Shown here: in pieces, positions 48,042 through 57,325 of the stretch
Layout: each line of letters opens with the position of its first letter
Position numbering within the stretch: position 1 is the stretch's first letter
Assembly (NCBI GenBank): GCA_965197795.1
Contig: OZ240228.1
Location: forward strand, 171,765-235,764
DNA: 64,000 nt
From: Dehalococcoidia bacterium
Lineage (GTDB): Bacteria > Chloroflexota > Dehalococcoidia > DSTF01 > WHTK01
Reading direction: 5' to 3'
Position numbers and translations under genes: made by a program
The notes under the pieces: generated by a model
The model's input: only the letters and a program-made list of their open reading frames with translations
The model's database searches: none
What the model was told of the DNA's origin: nothing

Positions 48042-48650
48042 GTGACGAAGGAGATGCAAATGTCCCGCAGGCGAGTCGCAGCTCTGAAGTCGATTGACCG
48101 CGAGAATACGGCTGACCCGTCGCATATCCTCTTTGAAGCGGAGGACTACGCCACGGCACTGATCGAGGGTGTCCGGGCCCACCACTGGGTACAACACCTG
48201 CGGCCAGATGCGCCTGACCCTTTGCTAATCGCCGCACGAGGCCACCACCTCCGGCGATGGGAAATTCCACGTAATTCCTATCCACACGCGCCACGGCTCT
48301 CTCGCTTGGCGGAACCGTCTTTATGATTTCCAAGCCGAGGCTGTGGCAGGAGTGATGCAACGCGTGGGCTAGACCCAGGATGACATCGCACAGGCTGGCC
48401 GTCTGCTCCGAAAACAGGACCTAAAGGCGGATGCGGACGCCCAGACGTATGAAGATGCCGTTAGCCTGGCCTTCTTAGAGGTGCGGCTGAGGTGCGGCTC
48501 GCATCGTTTATGGAGACTGTCACGACCGGGCAGCTAACGCGAGCACTTCACAGCACCTGGCGCAAGATGAGTGAATCAGGACACGCAGTAGCGCAGACAC
48601 TAATCCTCGAGCCACGAGCAGCAGACGTCGTACTTCGCGAGCTCACTTAA
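48042..48650 (+). pseudogene. DUF4202-like protein broken by frameshift(s) and an in-frame stop
   Basis: The N-terminal piece (track ORF 48042..48326) has HHLRRWEIPRNSYP. Downstream continuations (WRNRLYDFQAEAVAGVMQRVG*, then QDDIAQAGRLLRKQDLKADADAQTYEDAVSLAFLEVRL) are in other frames. Confidence 0.35.
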
Positions 48651-48769
48651 CAGGCACAGTCCTGGGCCTCGACGGGCCGCAACCGCTCCGGAGTAGCGGC
48701 TGGGGGACACGAGCGGTCATCCAGCCTGACTATGTCGGCCGCAAACCGGGACGAAACTCAGCGTGGCCC

Positions 48770-49129
48770 AGCAGCGAATCCCTACTCTGGGCTACTTTGC
48801 CAAAGAGACGCTGACGCCGTCGATGCTCGCAGCTTGCTGTTGCAGGAGACGCAGGCGTAAACGCCTTGAGGATGTGCTCGATTACGCGGACGCGAGACCG
48901 GAGGGGCCGGCGTCTGGTCTGGGTGGAGCTGACGCCGGCGGGACGCGAGATTTCCGAGGAAGCGACGAGGATCGTCCTCGCCATGGCCTCCGAGCTTGCC
49001 CCCGTGCTGCGAGGCCCCGATTCGGAAGAGATGCTCGCTGTTTTGAGTCAAACTCGCGATACCGGCTTCAAGATCGCCGGCGTGCGGGAAGGCGTTCGCC
49101 AAGAAGCACTTCGGCGCGTCTGGGGCTAG
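48770..49129 (+). pseudogene. MarR-family regulator remnant
   Basis: Track ORF 48866..49129 reads ...TRDRRGRRLVWVELTPAGREISEEA, the wing + dimerization helix of MarR. Upstream HTH fragments are scattered over other frames, and the overlapping long ORFs on both strands look non-coding. Confidence 0.3.
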
Positions 49130-49143
49130 CTGCCACAGCTCAT

Positions 49144-49571
49144 CTACGCCTTCAGCAGCCCCCGACGCCGCAGCGCCCGGTCCAGCGCGGGCTGCATCTT
49201 CATGGCCTGGAACTCGGCGATGGCGAAGTCGAGGTGCTCGATGGCCGTGTTGCGCTCGTCGGGGTAGTGGTCGAGCAGCAGCTCGGCGAGCTGGAGGCGA
49301 GTGAGGGCGAGCTCGGGGCGGCACCGCGCTCTCGTGCAGACATCGATGCCCTGATGGTAATAGTCGCGAGCCTTCTCCGGCTGGCCCAGCAGCACCGCCG
49401 CACCGCCCAGGTCCGCGACCCATGCAGCTGACGATCTAGGGTTCGATGAAGAGCAGGTTCGCCAGCGGGCCCAGGCGCGGTTCGAGGATGGCGGCGGCGT
49501 CCCTATGGCCTATAGCTACGGCAGCCTCTAGCAGGAAGCGCAAGAACGTAGCCGCTGTGTGGTCGTCCGGG
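49144..49571 (-). pseudogene. Severed C-terminal TPR tail of the giant Ser/Thr kinase-AAA-TPR gene (cut off by IS insertion; also one internal frameshift/stop)
   Basis: Track ORF 49144..49395 (LLGQPEKARDYYHQGIDV...LTRLQLAELL) plus upstream ...ATFLRFLLEAAVAIGHRDAAAILEPRLGPLANLLFIEP. The reading joins exactly across the IS target-site duplication to 51887..52588. Confidence 0.5.
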
Positions 49572-49643
49572 CTTGCGAGGGTAACAACCTAGTTGACTCA
49601 GTAACACATATGGGCTATGATTCTTTCGTAAGGAGTCAAAGCC

Positions 49644-50603
49644 ATGAGTGACAGCAATCCCGAAACCCTCATCGAAGCCATCCAGTTCTTCTCTGACCCT
49701 GGCACTTGCCAGGACTTCATGATGGCCATGCGCTGGCCGGATGGCGTCGTGGCTTGCCCTAACTGTGGCCGAAGTGATGTGCGCTACATCTCCACTCGCC
49801 GCCTGTGGGAGTGCAAAGAGAAACACGCCAAGCGGCAATTCTCGATCAAGGTCGGCACCATTTTTGAGGACTCGCCTATGGGCCTCGACAAGTGGTTGCC
49901 CTCCCTTTGGCTCATTGCCAACGACAAGAACGGTATCAGCTCCTACGAACTGGGCCGCGCTCTCGGCGTGACTCAAACAACTGCATGGTTCATGCTGCAC
50001 CGCATCCGACTCGCGATGCAGTCTGACGACTACACCAAGCTCGGCGGCACCATCGAGGTCGATGAGACTTTCATCGGCGGCAAGGCCCGCTTCATGCACA
50101 AGAGCGAGCGCGTGGGCAAGATCAAGGGGACAGGCACCGTGGGCAAGACTGCGGTTCTTGGTCTCTTGGAGCGCCACGGGCCGGACGGTCACAGCACCGT
50201 AAGGGCAAGTGTCGTTGCCAGCCGTCGGCGTAGTACTCTCAGCCCAGCGGTGCGCAGAAACGTTGCTAGCGGGGCGGTTGTCTACACGGACGCGCTGCCG
50301 TCCTACGCCGATCTGAAAGCTGACTATACCCACGGCGTTATCGACCACGCCGAGAAGTACGTCGATGGCAAGATTCACACCAACGGCATCGAGAATTTCT
50401 GGGCGCTGCTCAAGCGGGCCATCAAGGGAACCTACATCAGCGTCGAACCGTTCCACCTGTTCCGCTATCTCGATGAGGAAGCTTTCCGCTTCAACAACCG
50501 CAAGGCTAGCGACGGTGAGCGCTTCCTCCGACTCGCCCGCAGCGTCGTTGGCAAGCGTCTGACCTACGAAGAACTGACTGCAGTTACTACGACGCCAGCG
50601 TAG
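49644..50603 (+). CDS. IS1595-family transposase (DDE, N-terminal zinc ribbon)
   Basis: Zn ribbon CPNCGRSDVRYISTRRLWECKEKH, then a DDE domain (TIEVDETFIGG..., VVYTDALPSY, HTNGIENFWALLKR). The IS1595 family was recalled by motif; AGGAG RBS 8 nt upstream. Confidence 0.85.
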   Translation: MSDSNPETLIEAIQFFSDPGTCQDFMMAMRWPDGVVACPNCGRSDVRYISTRRLWECKEKHAKRQFSIKVGTIFEDSPMGLDKWLPSLWLIANDKNGISSYELGRALGVTQTTAWFMLHRIRLAMQSDDYTKLGGTIEVDETFIGGKARFMHKSERVGKIKGTGTVGKTAVLGLLERHGPDGHSTVRASVVASRRRSTLSPAVRRNVASGAVVYTDALPSYADLKADYTHGVIDHAEKYVDGKIHTNGIENFWALLKRAIKGTYISVEPFHLFRYLDEEAFRFNNRKASDGERFLRLARSVVGKRLTYEELTAVTTTPA

Positions 50604-50749
50604 GCAGGGAAGAGGCAAGCGTGGCAGAGCAACCCCGAAAGCCAAAGGAAGAGACGCCAATGGAGCGCCTAGAGCGGCTGGCGAAGAAGCTGCTGCGCGT
50701 ACCGAAGGCAGCAATCCAAGAGCCGAAGGACGATAGGCCACAGCCGCAG

Positions 50750-51859
50750 TCATGAAATCGCTTTCTTCAACTCATCTACGAAGTTGCGAGTATCTAGGTA
50801 GTAATTGGGGTAGGTTTGGCGAAGCGCCATTAGGGATTCTGCCGAAACTAGCACAGCGTCCTGATGCCCACCATCATTGAAGGTGGCCCGCTCGATGCCT
50901 TGATAGTCAATCAATGCACGCTGTAAGTCATTCGCCTGATACCCAGTAATCTTGACCGTCCTGGCATCCGCGTCCAGTTCCACAAGGTAGTAGAAGGCCT
51001 TCTTGCCCGCGGTTGACTGGACATCAATGGCACTGGCGAACGCTTCCAAGTTGTCCGCAACGCGCAAATCCTCTGCATATCTCCTTAGGTCACTCTTGAG
51101 CGTCGCTCCATCCATAGGAGTCCGTGGTACAAGTGCGCAGTCTTCCTTTAGTGCGAACTGCGATCCTATGAGGGCAAAGAAGCGCTTCCAATTCCTTGTC
51201 CCTCTACCAGCTTTGAGAGCTTGTCGTGTGAATATATCGACGGTCTCCACGGCTGTTGCCCAAGTATGCTGTAGTTGTGAGCGGAACTGCATTTCAATTC
51301 GATAGCCGTCATACTCTGGTCGCCGCTCACTTCCGTAACTAAAAATGAGATGGACGCCCCGATACCCAGAAGGTTTCGGTCCACGAATGTAGTCATTGGT
51401 ATAAAGGAGGTCGTGGCGGCGAGTATATTCCTGATATGCCTCAACCAGGTCATCTACCTTTTCAACTGAACTAAGCACCGCCCTACAACCTGCTATGTCT
51501 TGCATCTCTGAGAGCGTGAATTTGTCCTTATACTTACGAAGCTTGCTATAAATAGCGGGGAAGCGCTTTAAGCGCTGAACGACAAGGGAGTGCTTCTCGA
51601 CATCGTCAGCCTTGGATCGCAAAGTTGTCTGAAAGACGTTTAATGGATGGCCATGTGCGGCTCGCCAACTATCGAGAACGTCGAGCGCAGTAGTTAGCCG
51701 ACGGGAGTCCCCGGGTTCGCGCGATCCTTGGTTAGCTGCCCACCGCAGCAATTCGTTGCCAGCCTCGTTAACCTCTTCAGGGTTGAAGTGCGGGACAGCA
51801 AAGGGCATAAGGCACCTGCCACGGCCAGCCAAGTTGGTCTGACTACTAACCTTAGCCAT
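50750..51859 (-). CDS. RelA/SpoT-homolog nucleotide pyrophosphokinase domain protein (toxSAS / CapRel-like single-chain architecture), IS passenger
   Basis: The synthetase-fold motifs RLKRFPAIYSKLRKYKDK (RxKxxxSxxxK), DIAGCRAVL (DxxGxR), PKPSGYRGVHLIF (GYxSxH) and RIEMQFRSQLQHTWATAVE (ExQxRT...W) are all present. Roughly 95 aa N-terminal and 135 aa C-terminal extensions flank the domain. Confidence 0.6.
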   Translation of the reverse strand: MAKVSSQTNLAGRGRCLMPFAVPHFNPEEVNEAGNELLRWAANQGSREPGDSRRLTTALDVLDSWRAAHGHPLNVFQTTLRSKADDVEKHSLVVQRLKRFPAIYSKLRKYKDKFTLSEMQDIAGCRAVLSSVEKVDDLVEAYQEYTRRHDLLYTNDYIRGPKPSGYRGVHLIFSYGSERRPEYDGYRIEMQFRSQLQHTWATAVETVDIFTRQALKAGRGTRNWKRFFALIGSQFALKEDCALVPRTPMDGATLKSDLRRYAEDLRVADNLEAFASAIDVQSTAGKKAFYYLVELDADARTVKITGYQANDLQRALIDYQGIERATFNDGGHQDAVLVSAESLMALRQTYPNYYLDTRNFVDELKKAIS

Positions 51860-51886
51860 CGTAGCCCCCGTGACTTACTGAGTCAA

Positions 51887-54800
51887 CTAGGTTGTTTCCC
51901 TTGCGAGGTCCCTTGTGGCGAGGAACTCGTCGATTATCGAGGCAGCTTCTTGGTGACGGCCTGAGTATTCCAGGTAGATAGCACGCTGAGCAGCAAAGAC
52001 GCCGCCGAGTGCCCATAGGTGAGTCGGCTCGGCAATGCCCGCGAGCGCTTCTTCCGGCCGACCGAAATAGAGTAATGCTCGGCGTTCTACCTGGCCCGCC
52101 AATTGACGACCGACAGGTGCAATGCCGGCGCTTTCTGCAAACCCTCGCATCTCCGCGCCGAGCGCTAGGCAGTCCTCAAGGGCCCCATCCATGGCCGCAA
52201 GCACAGCACTTAAACCAAGCTCAACCAGCCTGACAGCGGGTCTCGGGACCCGATCCGCCAGCTCATGGCAACGAGACGCCGCCATCTCCGCCCGTGTTCG
52301 GTCGCCCCACATTAGAGCCGTAAAGAAGCAGGAAGACCATAGAAGCTCTAAGTCATGTGCATACCCTTCGGGTACGGGCTGAGCCCAGACCACTTCAGCA
52401 GCCTTGAGCCTCTCATCGATGTCTTCCACTGGCGCATTCTGCCCTATGACAATAGTCCTTGCGGCAGTCAAAGTCTCACGAAAATCCTGGAGATTCTGAG
52501 CCGTTGCGAAGGAGCGCAGATTGATGCGCCAGGCTTCATAGTCCCTGCCTTTCCCTCTCAGTACAGTGGCTAGCGCATCATCCGCCACGAGCCGGTGGAT
52601 GGTGTCGGGGGGGGGGGGTACTCATCCGCGCGCGAGGCCCAGAGCTCCCGTAATGTCTCATCCGAATCACGCATACCGCTTCGATTAAGGGGGACTACGG
52701 CACTCCAGGCGACCGTACAAGCGCGTGGCGCGTGCTCGTCGCCCAGGAGAACGCCTATCTGGAAGGCCTCCTCAGCGATAGACACGGCACGCTCGGGCCC
52801 GCCGCTCTGTGTCAGCGATTCAGCGAGAGAGATCAGCAAGTCACAACGCTTCGCCTTGTCGTCCGGGTCAATGATGTTCTGTACCTCCAGTGCTCGCTCC
52901 AGATGACGCACGGCTTCGCCATACGCGAACACCGAGATAGCACGGTTCGCTGCCAGCTCGCCATACTCGATAGCCCTTTCCAGGTCAGCGCGGTCTGTTG
53001 ACTGCCCGAAGTGCTCAGCCAGCTCGGCAGCGTGCTCCTCACGGCGTGAGGCGTACTGGGCCTCCAGAGCACGGGCGACCTCCTGATGGAGACTGAGGCG
53101 ACGCGGTGCAATCATCTCCTCGTAAAGCGACTGCCGGAAGAAGGCATGCGCAAACCGGTAGCGCACGGCACCGGGCAACGACCGCTCTTCCAGTACTCCA
53201 ACCCGCACCGCTTCCTCAATGCCCGTCAGTAGGTCGTCTTCGCTGAGGCCCGCCACTCCGCGCAGCGTCTGTAGGTCAAAGTCACGGCCGACGGCGGCCG
53301 CAACGGAGAGAAGTCGGTTACAGCTCTCGCTCAAGCGGGACAGGCGCTTACCCACCACGTCCCGCAGTCCCTCGGGTAAGCCGGTGCTGGGGCCGGTACC
53401 CTCGGACAGCACGTAACGACCTCCCTCGCGTACCACCAGGCCTTCCTCGACCATGTAGCGCATGACCTCCTGGACGAAGAGGGGATTGCCTTCCGTCTGA
53501 CGATGAATAGCCTCCGCCCGTGCCCATGAGACGTCCTGGCCCCGGAGAGAAACGTGCATGCGGTGCACCTCGTCCACCGTGAGTCCGCGTAACGGAAGCC
53601 GGAGGAAGGTTTCGCTACGTCTCAGCTCTGCCAACGTCGCCGACAGTGGATGAGCGCGGTCAACCTCCACGTCGCGGTAGGTGCCTACCACTAACAGTCG
53701 GGAGCCGTGGAGGTTACGTGAGAGATGGAGCAGCAAGTCTAGCGTGCCACTGTCGGAGTCGTGCAGGTCTTCGAGGACGAGGAGTAACGGCTGCACCGTT
53801 GTGGCGTTGCGCAGGAAGCCTGTTACTGCCTGTAGAAGACGGTAACGCTCCTCCTCCGGGTCACCGAGGGGCTGCAGCTCCACCTGAACGCGGTCACGCA
53901 CCTCAGACACGATGCGAGCGACCTCAGCTGCACCGGTACCCAGGTCAGACTTGAGTCCATCAGGCTCGCGCTCTAAGACGTAGGTGCGCAGAGCCTCGAT
54001 GAACGGTAGGTAAGGTAAGGAATGCGAGCCCTCCTCATAGCAGTGACCGACCAGCGTCTTACCACCTCGCAGCGCAGCGTAAGTGGCTAATTGCTCACAG
54101 ACCGATGTCTTGCCGATGCCGGGTTCACCTACGACCATCGCCAGCGAACCCTGACCGGACAGGGCCGTGTCGAAGGCTTTCTGTAGCTGTTGCAGCTCCT
54201 GCTCGCGCCCGACGAAGGTCCTCTGGTAGGTCGGTCATGCGCGTGCGGTGTCTCCTCGACGTGCTGCAAACTCGCTCCGCCCGGGCTGGCAGCGTTCTCC
54301 AGCGCCTCCCTGACTTCCGCGGCTGATGTCGGTCGCCCACCAGCGTCCTTCTCCAACAGCCTGAGGATCAAAGCCTCCAGCCCCGCAGGGGCAGTCGGGT
54401 CGGTGCCAGGTCGGCGCCACCGGCGGCGTGTTGAGGTGCTGGCCGATGATCGCCACGTGCTCGTCACCGACGAAGGGGGGCCGGCCGCAGACCATCTCGT
54501 ACAGCATCGCCCCCAGGGAGTAGAGGTCACTCTGCGGTGTTACCTCCCCTCCCATGGCCTGCTCCGGTGGCATGTAGCTCACCGTGCCCACCATCATCCC
54601 CGCCTGGGTGAGGCGGCTACGGTCTACGGCTACGGCTAGGCCAAAGTCACCGATCATCGCCCGGCCGTCCTCTGCCAGCCAGACGTTACCTGGCTTTAGG
54701 TCGCGGTGGATGATGCCCTTCTCGTGCGAGAACTCCAGGCCCATACAGGTCTCGGTGGCTATCTTGACCGCCTGCTCTATCGAGAGTTTGTGGTCTTCTG

Positions 54801-55326
54801 CCTGCTCAATGACGCCTTCTACGTCGCCACCGGGTAGCACGGGCAGGATGAGGTAGGGCTGACCGTTCTCTTGACCGATGTCGTAGACGGTGACGATGTG
54901 GGGGTGGGAGCCGAGGCGTCCCATGGCCTGGGCTTCACGGGTTATGCGCTGTCTGGCCTGTTCGTCCAAGCCTTCGGTCTTGATCAGGGCGAAAGCGACG
55001 TCACGGTCGAGCTGGGTGTCGTGGGCCAGGTAGACGCGCTTCTTACCGCCCTCGCCCAGGAAGCGTTTGACCTCGTAGCGACCAGAGGCGAAGGAGGTGG
55101 GCTGAGGTGCGGTACGGGCAGGTGGCGTCGGGGTCTGAGTATCGGGCAAAACCAAGACAGATCTCTCGGCAGCCGCCAGGAAAGCCTTCGCGTCGGCATT
55201 CTCTGGGTCAAAGGCGAGGATGCCTTGGGCTTTCTGGCGGACTGATTCCCAATCGAGTTGGTCAGCCGCCTCCTCGGCTTCGTCAAGGAGACGATTAATA
55301 CGACCCTGAATACGTTCACTGGTCAC
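51887..55326 (-). CDS. Giant Hanks-type Ser/Thr protein kinase - AAA/NB-ARC-like ATPase - TPR regulator (PknK/MalT-like), currently in 4 frame-pieces
   Basis: Kinase 55326..~54500 (GEGGKKRVYLAHD, HRDLKPGNVWL, DFGLA, SDLYSLG). The kinase tail (LEALILRLLEKDAGGRPTSAAEV) is in the +1 frame (ORF 54129..54530), then returns to the original frame for the AAA part 54138..52570 (GEPGIGKTS Walker A, LLVLEDLHDSD Walker B). A G12 tract at 52607-52618 separates the TPR part 52588..51887, which continues across the IS into 49571..49144. Confidence 0.7.
52607..52618. repeat. Homopolymer G12 (C12 on coding strand, encoding PPPP) at the AAA/TPR junction
   Basis: With 12 Gs the frame terminates 36 nt downstream (...YPPPPTPSTGSWRMMR*). 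With 13 Gs it reads through into ORF 51887..52588 (...YPPPPDTIHRLVADDALATVLRG...). Confidence 0.8.
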
Positions 55327-55516
55327 AGTGTCGTGATTCTGTCGCTGGCGAGTCAGGGTGTCAAACGGAAAGGTTACTCACCGGCTGGTCGGTCAGCAGG
55401 AGGCGGATCTACAGGTAAACGCAAGTCAATTCGCGAAATATCTGGACAAGAACTGTTGAAGTGAGATACTTGGACGACGAAACCTCTTCAATGGAGACTT
55501 CAGGAGGATAGCAATC

Positions 55517-56842
55517 ATGCTGACAAAAGAAGATAACGAGCTCATAAACCAGGTCGGTCCGGGTACTCCGATGGGGAATCTGCTGCGGCGCTATTGGGTT
55601 CCCGCGCTCCTCTCAGAAGAGCTATCGACTTCGGATTGCGAGCCCGTCGAAGTGCGGCTACTGGCTGAGGACCTCGTCGCCTTCCGCGACACGGAGGGCA
55701 GAGTCGGCCTGATTGATTCCTGCTGTCCTCACCGCGGCAGTGGCATGTTCTACGGCCGCAACGAAGAGGGCGGCCTGCGCTGCGTTTACCACGGATGGAA
55801 GTACGACGTGAACGGCCAATGCATTGATATGCCTTCGGAGCCGCCGACCAGCAACTTCAAGGACAGGCTGAAGATTCCCGCTTATCCTGTGCATGAGTCT
55901 GGCGGCATCGTCTGGACCTACATGGGGCCGCCGGAAACGATGACGGGCTTTCGCGATTTCGGCACCGAGAACTTACCGCGTGAGCGATGGCAAGCAAGGA
56001 AGCAGTTCCAGCCCATGAGCTGGCTGCAGTGGATGGAGGGCCTCATGGACACCACCCACAACTCCTGGCTACACCACTGGAAGGGCAGACTCGCTCTGGA
56101 AGACGACGGCTCCGACACGCCCGGCGTCTACAACTCGAATACCGGAATGCAGAAGTTCTGGGGTTACGACCAGGCCCCGGAGATTCGTGTGCACGAGGCT
56201 TGGCACGGCTTCCGAGCGACGGGCTTGCGCAAGACCCCCAACGGCAACACTCACGCTCGGCTCTATGCCTTCGTGATGCCCTACCTCTGCGGACCAGGTG
56301 GACGAAGCTTCATCGTCCCGCGCGATGAGAACACGGTCTACGACTATCACTTCGCGACGGTCCACGATGACCTGTGGAGCGAGGTCGTAATGGACGGGGG
56401 GGATTTCTTCGGGCAGCGGCGGCGTCCCATTCCCGGGCAACCGTACGGGCCTGACAACATCGACCGCAACTTGGCGAACAAGTTCCTCATCGACCGTGAG
56501 TTGCAGAAGGACGGTACGATCTTCACTGGCATCACCAGCACCAACGCTCAAGATGTGATGGCGCGACAAACGTCGTACACCGATCGGACAAAGGAACACC
56601 TTGGCAGCCTCGACCGGAAGATCATTCTCGTGCGCCGGATGTTGATCAACGCGGCAAAGAACCTGGCCCGCGGCGTCGAGCCGCCGGTGACCGACCCGTC
56701 GCTGCCCTACGACAAGATCGGCTCACCAAGTAAGGTTCTGGCGCCGGGCGAAGACTGGACGATCCTCGGGTCCGAGCTCGACCCTATTTACGAGGGCGCA
56801 AGGCCGGGCGCCGTGGCCGCGCCGCCGCCGCTCGCGACTTAA
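55517..56842 (+). CDS. Rieske non-heme iron oxygenase, alpha (catalytic) subunit, phthalate-dioxygenase-like single-component type
   Basis: CCPHRGSGMFYGRNEEGGLRCVYHGW (Rieske CxH...CxxH) followed by a mononuclear-iron His box (NSWLHHWKG). The antisense ORF 56069..56599 is rejected. Confidence 0.8.
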   Translation: MLTKEDNELINQVGPGTPMGNLLRRYWVPALLSEELSTSDCEPVEVRLLAEDLVAFRDTEGRVGLIDSCCPHRGSGMFYGRNEEGGLRCVYHGWKYDVNGQCIDMPSEPPTSNFKDRLKIPAYPVHESGGIVWTYMGPPETMTGFRDFGTENLPRERWQARKQFQPMSWLQWMEGLMDTTHNSWLHHWKGRLALEDDGSDTPGVYNSNTGMQKFWGYDQAPEIRVHEAWHGFRATGLRKTPNGNTHARLYAFVMPYLCGPGGRSFIVPRDENTVYDYHFATVHDDLWSEVVMDGGDFFGQRRRPIPGQPYGPDNIDRNLANKFLIDRELQKDGTIFTGITSTNAQDVMARQTSYTDRTKEHLGSLDRKIILVRRMLINAAKNLARGVEPPVTDPSLPYDKIGSPSKVLAPGEDWTILGSELDPIYEGARPGAVAAPPPLAT

Positions 56843-57325
56843 CCGAAGCTCCCACGAACGACGCAGGCTGGCCTGCTGGTCAGCCTGCGTTCATTCACCA
56901 CGACAGAACTTCGACTTTCGCGGACAACAAACGACATCGAGGTTCGGTCGTTCTCCACCGTCGGTTATCGAGTAGTTACGCCTTCAGCAGCCCCGACGCC
57001 CCAGCGCAAGCTGCATTTCGTGTCCTGGGGCTAGCGTCGACGGACGCGAGTCCCACACGATCAAGCGATAGTGTCCCGTCGTCTGCCCCTGAGCGCACGC
57101 CTGAGGTTTCCAATCTCAGCCTGCAGACCGAGCTCCTCGTGACCCGCTAGCATCTCCAGGATTTCGATGCGTTCCTGCTTGGCGCGCACGTGGCAGTCAA
57201 GCTGACGGATCAGCGATCTTGTCGCGACCGAGCCTAACCGGTCGAACGCGACCACGACGTCATCGTGTGACGGGGCTCACGTCTGGATTGTTGGCAGCTC
57301 TCTAATCCACCCGTACGATTCGTAT

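Larger units (their letters stand above)
49580..51896. mobile_element. IS1595-family insertion element (~2.3 kb) with passenger gene; IRL GGGTAACAACCTAGTTGACTCAGTAAC / IRR GGAAACAACCTAGTTGACTCAGTAAG; 8-bp TSD CTTGCGAG
   Basis: Near-perfect 26-bp terminal inverted repeats at 49580-49606 and ~51871-51896. The direct repeat CTTGCGAG immediately flanks both ends (49572-49579 and ~51897-51904). Interior genes are visibly lower in GC than the host. Confidence 0.75.

Noticed and set aside
48763-49431. Overlapping 222-aa (+) and 213-aa (-) ORFs
   Set aside because: Both are Arg/Ala/Gly/Pro-rich with no domain signal. Only the short MarR-like wing (48866..49129) and the TPR tail (49144..49395) look genuine, so both are treated as remnants.
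49503-50753. 416-aa minus-strand ORF spanning the IS transposase
   Set aside because: Antisense to the IS1595 transposase, which has a Zn ribbon and DDE motifs on the plus strand.
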